Below, piece by piece: positions 52,261 through 64,000 of a stretch of DNA of 64,000 nucleotides. A program made the translations under genes and the position numbers. The stretch's first letter is position 1; each line of letters opens with the position of its first letter. Below the pieces are notes generated by a model. It did no database searches. It saw only the letters and a program-made list of their open reading frames with translations, and had not been told where the DNA came from. Source of the stretch: Camelus ferus (taxonomy: Eukaryota). The stretch lies in contig NC_045697.1 of NCBI RefSeq assembly GCF_009834535.1, positions 41,852,001 to 41,916,000 of the forward strand, read 5' to 3'.

Positions 52261-52669
52261 GTATGCTTGCTTAGTGTAGCATATGCCTGAACATTGGTTG
52301 TGCCCTGAGGAAAAACGAGGATGCAGGTAAAAGGATATAATTTATGAAGCAGGGCCTGGCTTCATCTTCATAAATATTTTGTTTAAAAGTTCCATACTCA
52401 CCCGTGGCGCAGGAAATGCTTTAGCAAGCACTCATTAATGAAATGACAGCTACTCAAAAATGTTCCCATAGCCCTTGTGTAATAAAGACTTCTGGCATGG
52501 AATCTTGAGTTCTTTCTTTAGTATGAGAACTCTTCCATTCCCTGAGGATTTTCAGAGGATAGGGTACATGGTTGACCTCTTACTCAGACAGAAGGAAATT
52601 ATGCTGTCACCTCTTGCCCCTGAATACATTTATCACACAGGCACTACTTCTTCCAGATGAATATGGAAA

Positions 52670-52790
52670 TTTGAAAGCTGGAAGTCTGGATTCTAGATGA
52701 GTAATATTTCTGGACTTAGTTTCCCCACTCTGTAAAAAGAGGGATTTGGACTTGCAAACCTCTAAGTCATTACAGCTCTAAAATAATCAA
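52670..52790 (+). mobile_element. MIR3/MIRc fragment
   Basis: tctggacttagtttccccactctgtaaaaagagggatttggact...ctctaagtcattacagctctaaaat. Confidence 0.75.
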
Positions 52791-52879
52791 ATGAACAAAA
52801 AACCGTATGTACATAAATACTTATCCTTATTTTATTTATCACAAAACACACTGAAACAATATAGGTCTCCAACCATGGA

Positions 52880-53195
52880 GGGTGTATTCTACTATGCATG
52901 AAATAGCCATAGAATAGAATATTAGACAGCTGTCAGTTATTTGTTTTCCAAAGTGTTCTCAATAACATAGAAAAAGTTGCCAATAAAATGTTACATGAAA
53001 AAGGTGGAATCCAAATTTGCAGTGTTAAGCCAATTTTGTAAAAATAAGATGAAACAAAATATTGATACCATATTATGTACACAGATACAGAAAGAAACCT
53101 AACTGCAGGAATTAATCTACTAGAAAGTGGAACTGGTGATAATAATTTATTTTCTTTTTATGTGGTCACTTTCTTTGTAACCATTATAATTGTGA
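52880..53195 (+). mobile_element. Old L1 3' end (L1ME4-like)
   Basis: agaatattagacagctg...aacatagaaaaa...atgttacatgaaaaagg...ccaattttgtaaaaa...tttattttctt. Confidence 0.55.
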
Positions 53196-56100
53196 ACTCC
53201 CTTGTGAGTTATGAAGGGCCTTTTATATCTGAGGTTCACAAGAAGGTTGTTTTCACTTCCATTGTACTCGACTCTACATATAATGTTTTCAAGTGTGGAG
53301 AAGGAGGACCTATGGATGCCCTCTTCCCTGCTGGACCAGCACCATGCTGCGCAGAAGGACCACAAAGACACCCTTGGTATTAACCACATTCAGAAGGAAG
53401 CAGGTTGGGGAGAGAAGCTACAGAAAAATGAAAATTGCTCCTTAGAATTTTTTTTTGTTAGTTTGGAAAGATGTCAGTGTTTGCCTAGATCTTTATAACT
53501 TCCACAATCTTTGGGATTTTTAAAAATTTTAAGATCACCAAAATAATATTTGGCTTGTAAAACTGTCTAAGACTCAGCCACATGTATTTATTCTTCTAAT
53601 TTCCTGCTGTTTTCCCCAGTAAAATTTAAAAAATAATATTAAGACAATCAAATCTAGCAGCCTCTGCTTGTAGTAAATGTATTATAAATTCCACAATACC
53701 TTCAGCAGAATAAACAAAACAATAAAGGGGTATAGGAGAGTGGCTGACACATCCATGTCCTCCAACTCTACTTTTCAAATTATTATTGGCGATAGGCACC
53801 CGATGCTTTTTCTTCATAGCAATTTGTAGTTCCAAATTACTGCTTGCTAATAGCAGTTTCATAATTTATTAAATGGCATTGCTTAATTAAGTTTTCATGT
53901 TTTAGCTTGATCCAATAGTAAACTAAGTAACACTCCAATAATAAAATATGAGGTAAAGCATATGGTTTTAGTATTATTTTACTTGTTAATGTCCTTTTAA
54001 GTTATATTCATTCAACAAACACTTATTACATGACTAAGATGTACAAAAAGAACCTTGATCTTTGACCACATCACCTCTTAAATTGTCCAGAAGTACAAAT
54101 TTAGTACATTAAACAAAGGCCAATATATAAGGATGCAGTTCAGTCAATTTGAGCATCTTTTCTTTTCCAAGAGGTTGTAATTGGAAATAAACTAAAGATT
54201 TTTTATGAGAACAAAACAATTATTTCTTTCTCTGTTCAACAACTTAGGAAATATCAACAGCTTCTCTCCCCTGTTCACAATCTACAGCATTAAGCTTGAC
54301 AGCCCCTTGGAAGCCATACATCTCGCTCACTGAATTCTAGTTCATGAGGAGCTAGCTCCTGAGACTTCTAGAGAATTCTCACAAGGATGTGTTAAGAAGG
54401 ATCCTTATAAGGCATTATCAGTGAACACTGTGATGCATTAATTTATTTTAGTATTTTCTCCCTTTACTAGTTTAAAAGCATTTTATAAATAGAAGTCTTC
54501 CTAAGTGTTTATTCCTAATGGCATTGAATTTTCAGGAATTTTAAGTTTAGGTGTTGTGGTACTATAGTTGTATAAAATACAAATCTCTTCATATGTCAAA
54601 TTTCTTAATTAGGCATGAACGTGCAAATTAAATTTTGATTAAACTGAAAGAGTCACGTAAAGAAAAGCTTTATCGCACTGACTCAAAATGGTGTATTTTC
54701 CACTTCGAAGAGTTGTGTTTCAATTGGAATATTATTTTATTTTAAAACAACTCATACTTTTAACTGAAAGAAGCAGGGAGCAAAAATAAGCAAAACAGCT
54801 ACCTTTTAGACAATGTTTCAAAATTTAAGTGGACCCCAAGTTCACTGCTGCAGACAAAAGGCATCCTTAATTCATTGTTTCAAACAAAAAGAGTTTGTCA
54901 TATCCACTACAAGATGCTTTAACACCTGGGAACAATTTCTATGGTGATTAGGTGAAACTTGTTTTTAAAGAAATAGCTTAAGTTTTAAAAGGGCCACTAA
55001 TGCAAAAGGCCTCACAACGGAATTCTAGATAAAGCTCTATGATCAAGTAATTAGCAGTGGATTCTAATTAAATTTGGAATTTACAGTTGCCCTGGACTCA
55101 CAGCTTCACGCATCTGTCTGAATACATAGTTTTAGTTTTTTTCTTGTGTAGAATAGGATTAATTATCAAGATCATTGAGAACCAGTGATTCATTTTGCTC
55201 TGAAATGCACAACATAAAAAAATTGGAATATAAGAAAATATATATTCAGTTACTAACTTCAATGCTTTCCAGTATTTTCAGCTTTAAAAAAACGCAAGTA
55301 AGAGAAGATGCAGTTAAAGAAACCAAGATGTCATTGAGACAGTTAGCCTTGCCTTCTTCTTTTCTCCCTAAAGCATAATCTCCATGCAGAGGAACTGCAT
55401 GGACTAGATGATGAGGGTCTTTATTTTCTCTCTTTCCTACAAAGTATTATCATGCCACTTCCCAGACACACTTGCATGTGAACAGCATATGTGTGAATGG
55501 GACGAAAATAAATACTTAGTACTAGGTTAATATTAATTAGTATTATATTCTCCTTGGGATTTAGTTAGTCACTGGCTCCTTGACAGTTATCTCCAGTAAC
55601 TTTATAAAAAGGAGAACAAACAGCACACTCTGTATCAGATGCAGTAATGAGGTAGCTATCCCAGAACTACTTCCATGGCAACTTCTATTACAGAACACAA
55701 TTCAGAACTTGGACACAAACCAAAAGTCTCCTCAGCACCTAAAATAGATGTCACTGTGTCTATGCACTTTGGCTCCGCACTTTCTTCGTAAAAGATTCTT
55801 TTGGGTCTTCGGATAAAGATGTTGCCTCTCATTCCTTCCATAATTTTCTATAAACTAGATTGCTTTCTGGTTTTCTTGGACACGGCACTAAAGAAATAAT
55901 AATTATAAAGGGGTAGTTGAGGTTGAAGAGAGTTGTGAGAGGAATGCAAACTGTCCACACCAGTAAGTAAAGAAATCACACTTCCATATGGATGGTGGAC
56001 ACAGAAGAAAAAAAATGTCCCATAAAAATAATACAACAATTTTTTAAAGCATAATAATCATAAGACCTTTGGGCATAAGAAGGAATAACCTTACACACCA

Positions 56101-56627
56101 CAAAATAGGCCCTCACAAGTATCATTATATTATAGGATAATTCTATAGTGTGTACCCATGACAAGAATGCTGAATAATTCAGAAAATGTTAAATTGAATT
56201 TAGTCCCCTCCAGAGAGATATCAAAATACACAGTGGAGCTCAGAAAAGATAACTCTATAAAAATGGCTAAATTCTTTCTAAAACTTTTGAATTTTTCAGT
56301 GGTAAACATGTAAGCTTCACTTTTTGAAAAGTCCACAGATGGAGAACTCCTTAATTGTCTCTATTACTTGTTTATTGACCAGCAGCAAATATTACATATT
56401 AGCTAACCAGCCTCAGGGGGAAGAGTGAGATCCCAGATGATAGGGGTACACAGGGTCGTTTCTGTCCCCTCCCCTGCCATTGGGCTATTCCCCTTCTTCT
56501 GCTCTAAAAGTCCTTTCATAGCTCAGTGATTTTAAATCTTATTGCAAATATCATTCTTAGAAATGTCCCTTTAAGGTGGATGGGCTTAAACAAGATAAAC
56601 TTCATTTTTTTTTTAAAGCAGGCTTAC

Positions 56628-56880
56628 CAGAATTTTTAAAAATAAATGGGAATAAAGGGAAGGAAGGGTTAAAAATTAACAACTATAGATGCCAAAACCC
56701 TAATTCAAAAATGTGTGTCTTCCAGAAGAGACCCATCAAGCTGTGATGAGGTCAGGGAGCCTCAACTAAGCCAGTCACAGTGCCCGGAGCTGCCCTGTTT
56801 CGGTCCTCTTATCTGATTGGCTCTATATTGGTTCTATACTTCTAGCTGGTGATGCATTAACCAATCCTCCCCACACCCCT
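56628..56880 (-). promoter_or_regulatory. Candidate promoter (GATA, 3x CCAAT, CACCC) with first exon and strong donor
   Basis: CTTATCT 56808-56814; CTGATTGGCT 56813-56822; ATTGG 56827-56831; CCAAT 56861-56865; CCACACCC 56871-56878; minus-strand donor CTG|GTAAGC at 56628/56627. Confidence 0.4.
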
Positions 56881-57649
56881 AGTCAAGAGCATTCTGTACA
56901 CTCTGTAATGTTAAAGCATACCCGTCTTTATTCGACATGAACAATAAAACATTAAAACCACCCGTGACAAGAGGCAACAAAGGACAAAGCTAAGCCAAGC
57001 TTCAAAATGAAATAACCACAACAATTATTAGGTCCCTGAAAACAAACAAAACAAAACAACACAAAACAAAATCTTAGCAGCTCCATCCCTCAACAGCTAC
57101 AAGACAATACAGCAAAAGAGCTAAGATATTTTAGAGTCTTTTCTATCAGAATAGAGGCGAGGTGAAGGGAAAAGTTCAAAGGAACAGAATACTTGTGCCC
57201 GAAACAAATGAACCCTGAAGGAGATTTCAATCAGTAAAAAACAGTACCTTATAAGTAACTGGTCTTGTCTACTCACAGCTGTTTCCAGTGCCGTCCCTTG
57301 TTTAACTGTCTACTGACTTCAGTTTAAAGTTAATTCTGTTGGCAAAAAAGTACAGAGCTTGTCTGGAAAATGCTGTTTGGACATAAACCATTCCTCTCAA
57401 AGCAGTGATGTCTGTATTTAAGTTTTCTTGTAGAGGGGGATAGAAACCCTTCCTGCAGCTAATTTTCTTCCTCCTCCTTCCTCTCAGACTTAGTCAGTAT
57501 CCTCCTATCCCATATATTGAAGAAAGAGACAGAGAGGGAAGAAAAAAAACTGCCAGGAAATATACCTTAAATAATGTAGTATTTGAGCATTTAGAAAAAG
57601 ACAAAAAAAAAAAAAAAAAAAGAACAAGAAAGAAGATGAAGAAATGAGA

Positions 57650-57835
57650 ACCATAGAAAGCACATCAGGAGCTTTAAATATAATTTAGTCCAATGCCCTC
57701 ATTTTACAGAAAAGGAAACTGATGCCCAGAGAAAACATGATTTGTCCAAGGTCACTCACATGGTTAATTCGTGTCAGCTAGAATAGTTACTAGCTTTCAC
57801 AACACCCAATTCAATGCTATTTCTACTATGCTAGT
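57650..57835 (-). mobile_element. MIR3/MIRc SINE
   Basis: tagtccaatgccctcattttacagaaaaggaaactgatgcccagaga...tgatttgtccaaggtcac...caatgctatttctactat. Confidence 0.88.
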
Positions 57836-57955
57836 ATACCTGAGGGGAAATGGTTTACCTTTTTCCTCTGTATCCTTGTGTAACACCCAGATGAATTAGC
57901 ATGGAACAGTAACACAATTACAATGTGAGAACCATCTGTTCTCAGGGGGAAAAAA

Positions 57956-58017
57956 AATTCCCTCTACTTTAAAATCCTTAATAGTGAATTCCCTCCACTT
58001 TAAAATCCTCAATAGTG
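57956..58017 (+). repeat. 31-bp tandem duplication (2 copies)
   Basis: aattccctctactttaaaatccttaatagtg / aattccctccactttaaaatcctcaatagtg (2 mismatches). Confidence 0.95.
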
Positions 58018-60339
58018 AAAGTCTCTCTATAATGCCCAATTTCTTTTATACTTAGGAAATAATCTTTTCCTTTGCTGATTTTCCGGAATATTTTTATGTC
58101 TCAGGAGTTGCACTTTTTCAGGGGATGCGAACATCCCTTCGTCTTTGCAGAGGACTACTTCTGACGCGGATGGTGCTGTGATAGGTGTTGAGCACGTCTT
58201 CGGCATCTCTAGCCAGCGTCAGCGATCTGTTACATGGCTCTTGAACTGGAAACCACTACTGTTACCAAAAATCTCCATTTCTAATTTGTCATAAAATTTT
58301 TACCACACATGCACGTTTATTCTTTTTTTTATAAGTAGGATACAACTTTATTCTTATTATTTATTATATATTTTGTTAAATATAAGAGAAGCAGCATAAT
58401 ATTTTTTACTTGATGTCTCTTACATAACATTTCCTACTTATAAACGAAGAAATTATTTTCCTCTAACTGAAGGGGGGAGGTCCTTTTTATAATTTAAAAA
58501 GTTTTTTTTTTCCTGAAATGCATTCATTCATTCACTTTTTAAATGAATTATTAATTGAACATTTATAAACCTACCTCACCCTTTCTTTGCAGAATATAGT
58601 AACTGACAAGCAATAGTTTTTTAAGGGAAGTGCATAATTTTCAAATAAAATAAAAGGACTTAGACCGGAAGTAAGGCTAATTTTCTATAACTATGTTTTT
58701 CTCCATTCCAACATATCAATCACGTGTCCAAAGTATATTTATATCCTACCCACTGAGTTGCCCACTCTCCACAACAACCATCCTAGGGTCAGATAAGCCA
58801 AAATATGAAGTGGCCCAGATTGAAATTGCCCTGGTCACCATCATTAATCTTTCAGCTTGACCTGACTCCTTAAAATATTAATGTCAAATCTACTTTACAG
58901 GCTACAATTCAAAGACACAATTAGCTAAATGCTCAGATCATTCAAGACTCACTTACAAACTGTTATGTATTCTTTAGCTCAGAAATTTACTGTTTGGTTT
59001 AGATATTTCTCCTCTACTTTTAAGATCCTGTTGTATCTACTCTTGTCCTGGTTTTTGGCAGAAAGCAATGTAATTGTGACCAAATAATGATAAAAGTATA
59101 CTTTTTAAAATAAAAATTGGATTAGATTTTTTGAAACATTTTCCAAAATGTTGAGTAATTAATGGGTACCATATCAATATTTCAATGCTGACAAATAAGT
59201 AATTGATATTCAAAACACATAAATGGAAAGAGACAGAGACAGAGAAAGATCTTTTAAAACCATACTTTGTGCTTCTTGACACAATGGCAGGATCCTATTT
59301 TTCTCTTATTCTCATTAATTTTGTCTGACTCAGCTCTGTGAAAAGGTAAATGCCACAGACATTAACATCTACATTTGCACATAACCCTAATATGTTAAAT
59401 ATGACCACATTTGACACACTGATACATATTTCTTGGTTTTACTAAAAGTATTCCATATTTTTCTTTTACTTCTTAAACTTTACTTTTGATTGGAAAATTT
59501 TGCCTTTAATCTGTTAGAAGCAGCAGGAAGGAAGTATGAGTAAAATCCTGAAAGAGAAATAGGCTATGAGGAGACACAGGGGTTCGATGGAATGAGTCAG
59601 GGTGATTCAGGGTTGTTGAGTAGACTCAGGAAAAAAGGTGTACAGAGAAGTCACGTACAAGCAGGTTGTTTAGAACAGAAGTGGGCTGAGCCACAGACAA
59701 TAGATTATAGGTATTGAATTCAAGAACCAAAATCTCTTAAAATAGGTTAAGCAAAGAAAGAACCAGCAATTTTGGTGACCAGTGCAAGCAACAGGAAATT
59801 GGCCCTCAAATGTACTTTGTAATTCATGACATGGCTCCTTTCAAACCATTGGAAGGGGAACATGTGCTGTCAATATGTGAATTCAACACAATCTAAAACA
59901 GCACAATGATATCCAATCTTTTAAAAACTGTGTCCCTTTATATTTAGGTCCTTTGGACATACTCCAGGTTGCCCTACTCTGGGCATGCTCTGGATTTCAG
60001 AATCCTAAGGTGTTTAGAAGGGAATAGTTACTATGTTATGAAGACTGAACCTGGGGAGTTGAATTTCACTGATGGGAGAAGTACTTAGAGCAGAGGTGAA
60101 CTCCGGGGCAGACTGTATTGACACAGGCAAGGCTGCTGGAATTCTCTAACTCTGGATCTCCTCCTCTCACTTTTCAGGTTTACTGTAACACTAGAAGAAG
60201 TCTTGTACTAAAGAATCCCAGAGAGCGGGCTTCTGATAGCACTGAAGGGAAATGACTGCATGAACAGCTATTAGATTATTCTGTACTTGGGAGGAGTTTT
60301 CAAACATGGAAATTTTTAATAGTCCCAGGGTACTGATGC

Positions 60340-60980
60340 ACATAAAAATCTCAAGCATCAACTCTCTTAAACCAGTTCAAGCTCTTGCTTACTTTGTCTT
60401 GCCTATCTCCTCCCACAATCCAGTTTCCTCTCAGCAGCCAGAGAAACCATTCCCCTCTTCATATCCTCTCCTGGTTTCCCATCCTTCTCCTGCTTCATAC
60501 CCTCCAAAGGTTTCCCATTATTCTCCTGCTTCATATTGTCCAAGAGTTTCCCATCATTCCCTGCTTCATCCCTACAATGGTTTCCCATTGCCCTCAATGT
60601 AAATCCAGCTGCCCAACCACAAGGTTTATCCTTCCTGCTGCTTCCTTCCCAGAAAAAGGATTTCCTGACCACTCTAGCTAACCATCCTTCCCACTACAAA
60701 CACACTCTCTCTACCTCACTTCCCTATTTTTATTTTTCTTCATAGCACTTACCACTATCCAAAATTATCTTTGCCTCTTTTTCACTTACTAATTCATTTA
60801 ATTAGTTTAAATATGTTTACTGTTATCGCCTCTAGAGTAAGTTTTATAAGATCAGAAACATACGGGAAGTTATAAGATCAGAAACATAAGATTGAGGCTT
60901 TTTAAACCTCGATATTCCCAGTGTTCAAAACAGTATCTACTATAAAATAGGTATTTGATAAATATTTCTTAAATGAATTA
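60340..60980 (+). mobile_element. L2 (L2a-like) 3' region with internal minisatellite
   Basis: caatggtttcccattgccctcaatgtaaatcc...ttcctgaccactcta...tttttcttcatagcacttaccactatc...tattcccagtgttcaaaacagt...gataaatatttcttaaatgaat. Confidence 0.85.
60448..60585 (+). repeat. Minisatellite, ~36-bp unit x4
   Basis: Units start at 60448, 60480, 60516 and 60552; each has ct(g)cttcat and ends gtttcc. Confidence 0.85.
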
Positions 60981-61360
60981 CTTATATTCCCGCTGGGGTT
61001 ACTACTCTTCAGTCAACAAAGATCTGGTATCAGTCCATAAGCACGAGGGCAAAGACTAATCTCCTTTTGCCATTGATGGAACCCTGCAAATCTCCTTGTG
61101 ACTCAGCAGCTAGCCATCCAGGAAATAAAGAAAAAGCCCCTGTTGGGCTTTAGGCACGCAGCTGTATCTATACCAAGTGCCTCTGAGCCCTTGAATTTTC
61201 TTTTTTCCCACCTCTTTTCCTACGACGACTGCAGTTTTGATTAGGAGTGTCAGTTCGGGGCAAATAAAACTCATCACTGAGGTTTCAAATAGGTTTAGAT
61301 AAAAACTGAGATTCTGCTAGATACTCCTTTTTTTTCCTGTGATTTTTTTTTTAAATCTTG

Positions 61361-61784
61361 TTTTTTTTTGAAGTGCAGTTGATTTACAATGTTAGTTTCA
61401 GGTAAATAGGAAATTGTTTCAGTTATATATATGTATATAAGAGTCTTTTCAGATTCTTTTCCATTATATGTTATTATAAGAAATTGAGTATAGTTTCCTG
61501 TGCTTTACAGTAGGTCCTTGTTGTTTATCTATTTTATATACAGTAGTGTGTATCTGTTAATCCCAAACTCCTAATCTAGCCCTTTGGTAAACAGTTGCCC
61601 TTTCCCCTTTGGTAAACAGTTTGTTTTCTATGTCCATGAGTCTATCCATGGTTTGCAAATAAAATTTGTATCATTTTTAAGATTCTATATATAAGTGATA
61701 TCATATGATATTTGTCTTTCTCTGACTTACTTCACTTAAAATGATCATTCTAGGTCCATCCATGTTGCTGCAAGTGGCAGTATT
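61361..61784 (-). mobile_element. L1 3' end (artiodactyl/camelid type), 5'-truncated
   Basis: ttgaagtgcagttgatttacaatgttagtttcagg...ttcagattcttttccattata...acagtaggtccttgttgtttatctattttatatacagtagtgtgtatctgttaatcccaaactcctaa...ctaggtccatccatgttgctgcaa. Confidence 0.92.
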
Positions 61785-62590
61785 GAATTCTCTTAACACA
61801 AAGACCATGATACACCCTTGACTTGTAAATATATTCTCCATGGATACATGGACCTAACTTGATATGTGATTATATTTGCCAGAAGGTCCTGAGAGCTCCT
61901 GGATAGCTTCCTTTGTTTCCTGAACTCAGTAGTTGCCCTTATGAAAATAGCAGATATCCTAAAACTAATTCTGTCCTTTCCAGGTGGTTTCAAGAAACTG
62001 CTGTCAGCTGCCAAGGCTTTAGGAGCAGAAGCTAAATCCTTGCATTCACAACATATGTTTTCTGAATGAAAAGGGGGCAGACTAAATAATCATAGAGAGG
62101 TGAGCTCACAATTTCATCTTCCATCTCAGTTCTCCATGCTGACTCAGAGCTCTCCAGTGAGCTGTAAATTAGATTTCCTCTCCTGTCTTGTGTCCTACTG
62201 CTTCCCAATTACCTGTTCTCATGAGTCAGCCTCTCTGGGTCCTGGGGCTCAGACACATTGTGGGATAATGTGACTAGCTCAACACACTTTGGTCCAGTCA
62301 TATCAGAAAGGTGGCTGTGTGATGGCAGGCAAAAAGGGTGACTCTTTGCTTGGAAGAAAATGATTTTTCCCAAGCATCACAGCAGCTGTCCCCTTAGGAC
62401 ACCCTGGGAGAGGAAATTTCTTGCCTGAACACTGCTGCACTGGGCAGGAAATAACATAATTTAAAATTATTTTTGAAAAAAGTACCCTTTTATTATGGAC
62501 TGACCAAATATTAATCTAGGTACATAAGTGCTATTTATTTAGTCAATAAGTCAAAGTTACAAATAATTTTTTCTTAAGTTTCACTCACTC

Positions 62591-62707
62591 ATTTTTTAAT
62601 TGAAGTTTGTAGTCAGTTTACAATGTGTCAATTGCTGGTGCACAGCATAATGTCTCAGTTATACATATACGTATATATATTCATTTTCATGTTCTTTTTC
62701 ATTATAG
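62591..62707 (-). mobile_element. Short L1 3' tail (camelid L1_Vpa-like)
   Basis: ttaattgaagtttgtagtcagtttacaatgtgtcaattgctggtgcacagcataatgtctcagttatacatatac...ttctttttcattatag. Confidence 0.85.
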
Positions 62708-63189
62708 TCCTGAATGAGAAAAATTTGCAACGGGGGATACTCTGCCCAGCAAGACTATCCCTTACAATAGAAAGAGAGAGAAAGTTTTAGTCTGCTTCAT
62801 AGACAAGCAAAAAGTAAAAGAATTCAGCAATGCTGAACCTATCATAAAAAAATATTGAAAGGTCTACTCTAAATAAATACAGATATTTTTGGTTGCCTTC
62901 TGTAGACAAGCTCTTGTGCTAGGTCATGAGGTCTGTATAATTATTCCTTGTTATATCATGGGATGATAATATTTCTTTATTCAGAATACAAAATTCCCCA
63001 GGAAAATAAGGTAAAAGTTTCTTCTTTCCTCCCCTCCTTCCTCCTCTCTTTCCTTCTTCCTTTCCTCAATTTTTTGAAGCCCATATTGATTGAGTCCATA
63101 TAATGTACAATGTTTGAGTAAAAGGAAAATGCAAAATCCAAATTAAGAAGCTTACCCTTTGGAGGTGGGAAAACTCTACAGACTATTGG

Positions 63190-63690
63190 GGAACTCAGCA
63201 CAGAATTACAGGAGGGCACACTAGAGCAGTATGGAATCGAGAAGGGAAGTGACCAAAGAAGGAGGTGAAACCAAGGCACATTTTTTAAAACAGGTGACGG
63301 AGAGGACTAACATTCCAGGCAGGAGAAAGGCCACACTTGCGTCACTGCAAGTAGTTCCATAGAGCTGGAATGTAGAATGAGCAACATAGACTGATAGATA
63401 AAATATGCAGAAAGAAATACAGGCAAAAGCCAGCTCAGGATTTTTTTTTTTTTTTCCTGAAGGCAATGCATAGCTACTGAAGGGTTTTAAATAGGGGATA
63501 TTTTGTTTTCAGAACTCTAAGTGGAGAAAGAGTTTAAGAACAAGTGCTCTAAAGGACTGCTTAAGAGGATGTTTCTTCATCCAGGTAAGATATTGTGATG
63601 GTAAGAAATTAGGCAGTAAGGACAGAGAGACAGAGAAGGCCTCAAAGGATATTTAAAATTTCCCACAGGTAGGAAGATGTAGGAAAGGCA
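63190..63690 (-). mobile_element. L2 fragment
   Basis: cattccaggcaggag...tcctgaaggcaatg...actgaagggttttaaataggg...tccaggtaaga...gatggt (reverse L2). Confidence 0.7.
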
Positions 63691-63754
63691 AACTTATTCC
63701 CAGAATCTCCATAAAATTATTACAGAAAAATGTATCAGTATTAGAATTGCATGA

Positions 63755-63915
63755 AAGTGTGGTAAATCCTCATTACATAAAAGATATTTTTCGTAATAAG
63801 TTCTCTCCATTTACAGAATAGGAAGCCGAGGCATGAAGCCTGAATGAGTGACAGCAGAATTTGAACCCATGTCCATGTGACTACAAAGCCCTTATTCTTT
63901 ACATTAAATTGCCCA
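63755..63915 (-). mobile_element. MIR SINE
   Basis: ccatttacagaataggaagccgaggca...gtgacagcagaatttgaacccatgtc...tgactacaaagccc. Confidence 0.8.
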
Positions 63916-64000
63916 TTTCAGGAGATCATAAATCTTGGACACCTTTTTCAACTTGGGTGACTAGGCTTGAAGAGACTGGAATAGAATTTGACAGGCTCTT

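Noticed and set aside
53075..53498. Overlapping 80-102 aa ORFs
   Set aside because: They begin in or beside an L1ME remnant; no recognisable domain or convincing splice sites.
60448..60585. CRISPR-like array
   Set aside because: Units are contiguous tandem copies without unique spacers, there are no cas genes, and the context is mammalian.
60306..60745. Repetitive Pro/Ser/His-rich ORFs
   Set aside because: Product of the 36-bp minisatellite within an L2 remnant.
63150..63160. Strong minus-strand donor-like AGG|GTAAGC (also near 50905)
   Set aside because: Isolated donor matches are common; no promoter motif cluster or acceptor supports an exon.

Overview
AT-rich, CpG-depleted mammalian genomic DNA, most likely from a camelid (alpaca/camel). 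The clade call rests on two tRNA-Ala-derived SINEs of the camelid type and on young L1 3' ends resembling camelid L1; it comes from recalled consensus sequences, not a database search. Much of the window is interspersed repeat: MIR, L2, old and young L1 3' fragments, MaLR/ERVL solo LTRs (MLT1C-, MLT1I-, MLT1J/K-, MER74A- and LTR41-like) and hAT/Tc-Mar MITEs. No complete protein-coding gene is recognisable, and the listed ORFs look spurious. The non-repeat sequence suggests the 5' region (long introns, alternative first exons) of a minus-strand gene. There is a promoter-like first-exon candidate at ~56.6-56.9 kb, another at ~23.0-23.4 kb, and a possible ATG-bearing exon at the left edge (MEKKDLT...). 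Several enhancer-like blocks lie at ~14.5, 24.5, 28.9 and 33.2-34.0 kb. I found no prokaryote-type system (CRISPR, operon, defence island). The findings are regulatory and repeat-evolution hypotheses that need external checks. Repeat subfamily names are approximate and boundaries are +/- tens of bp unless stated.
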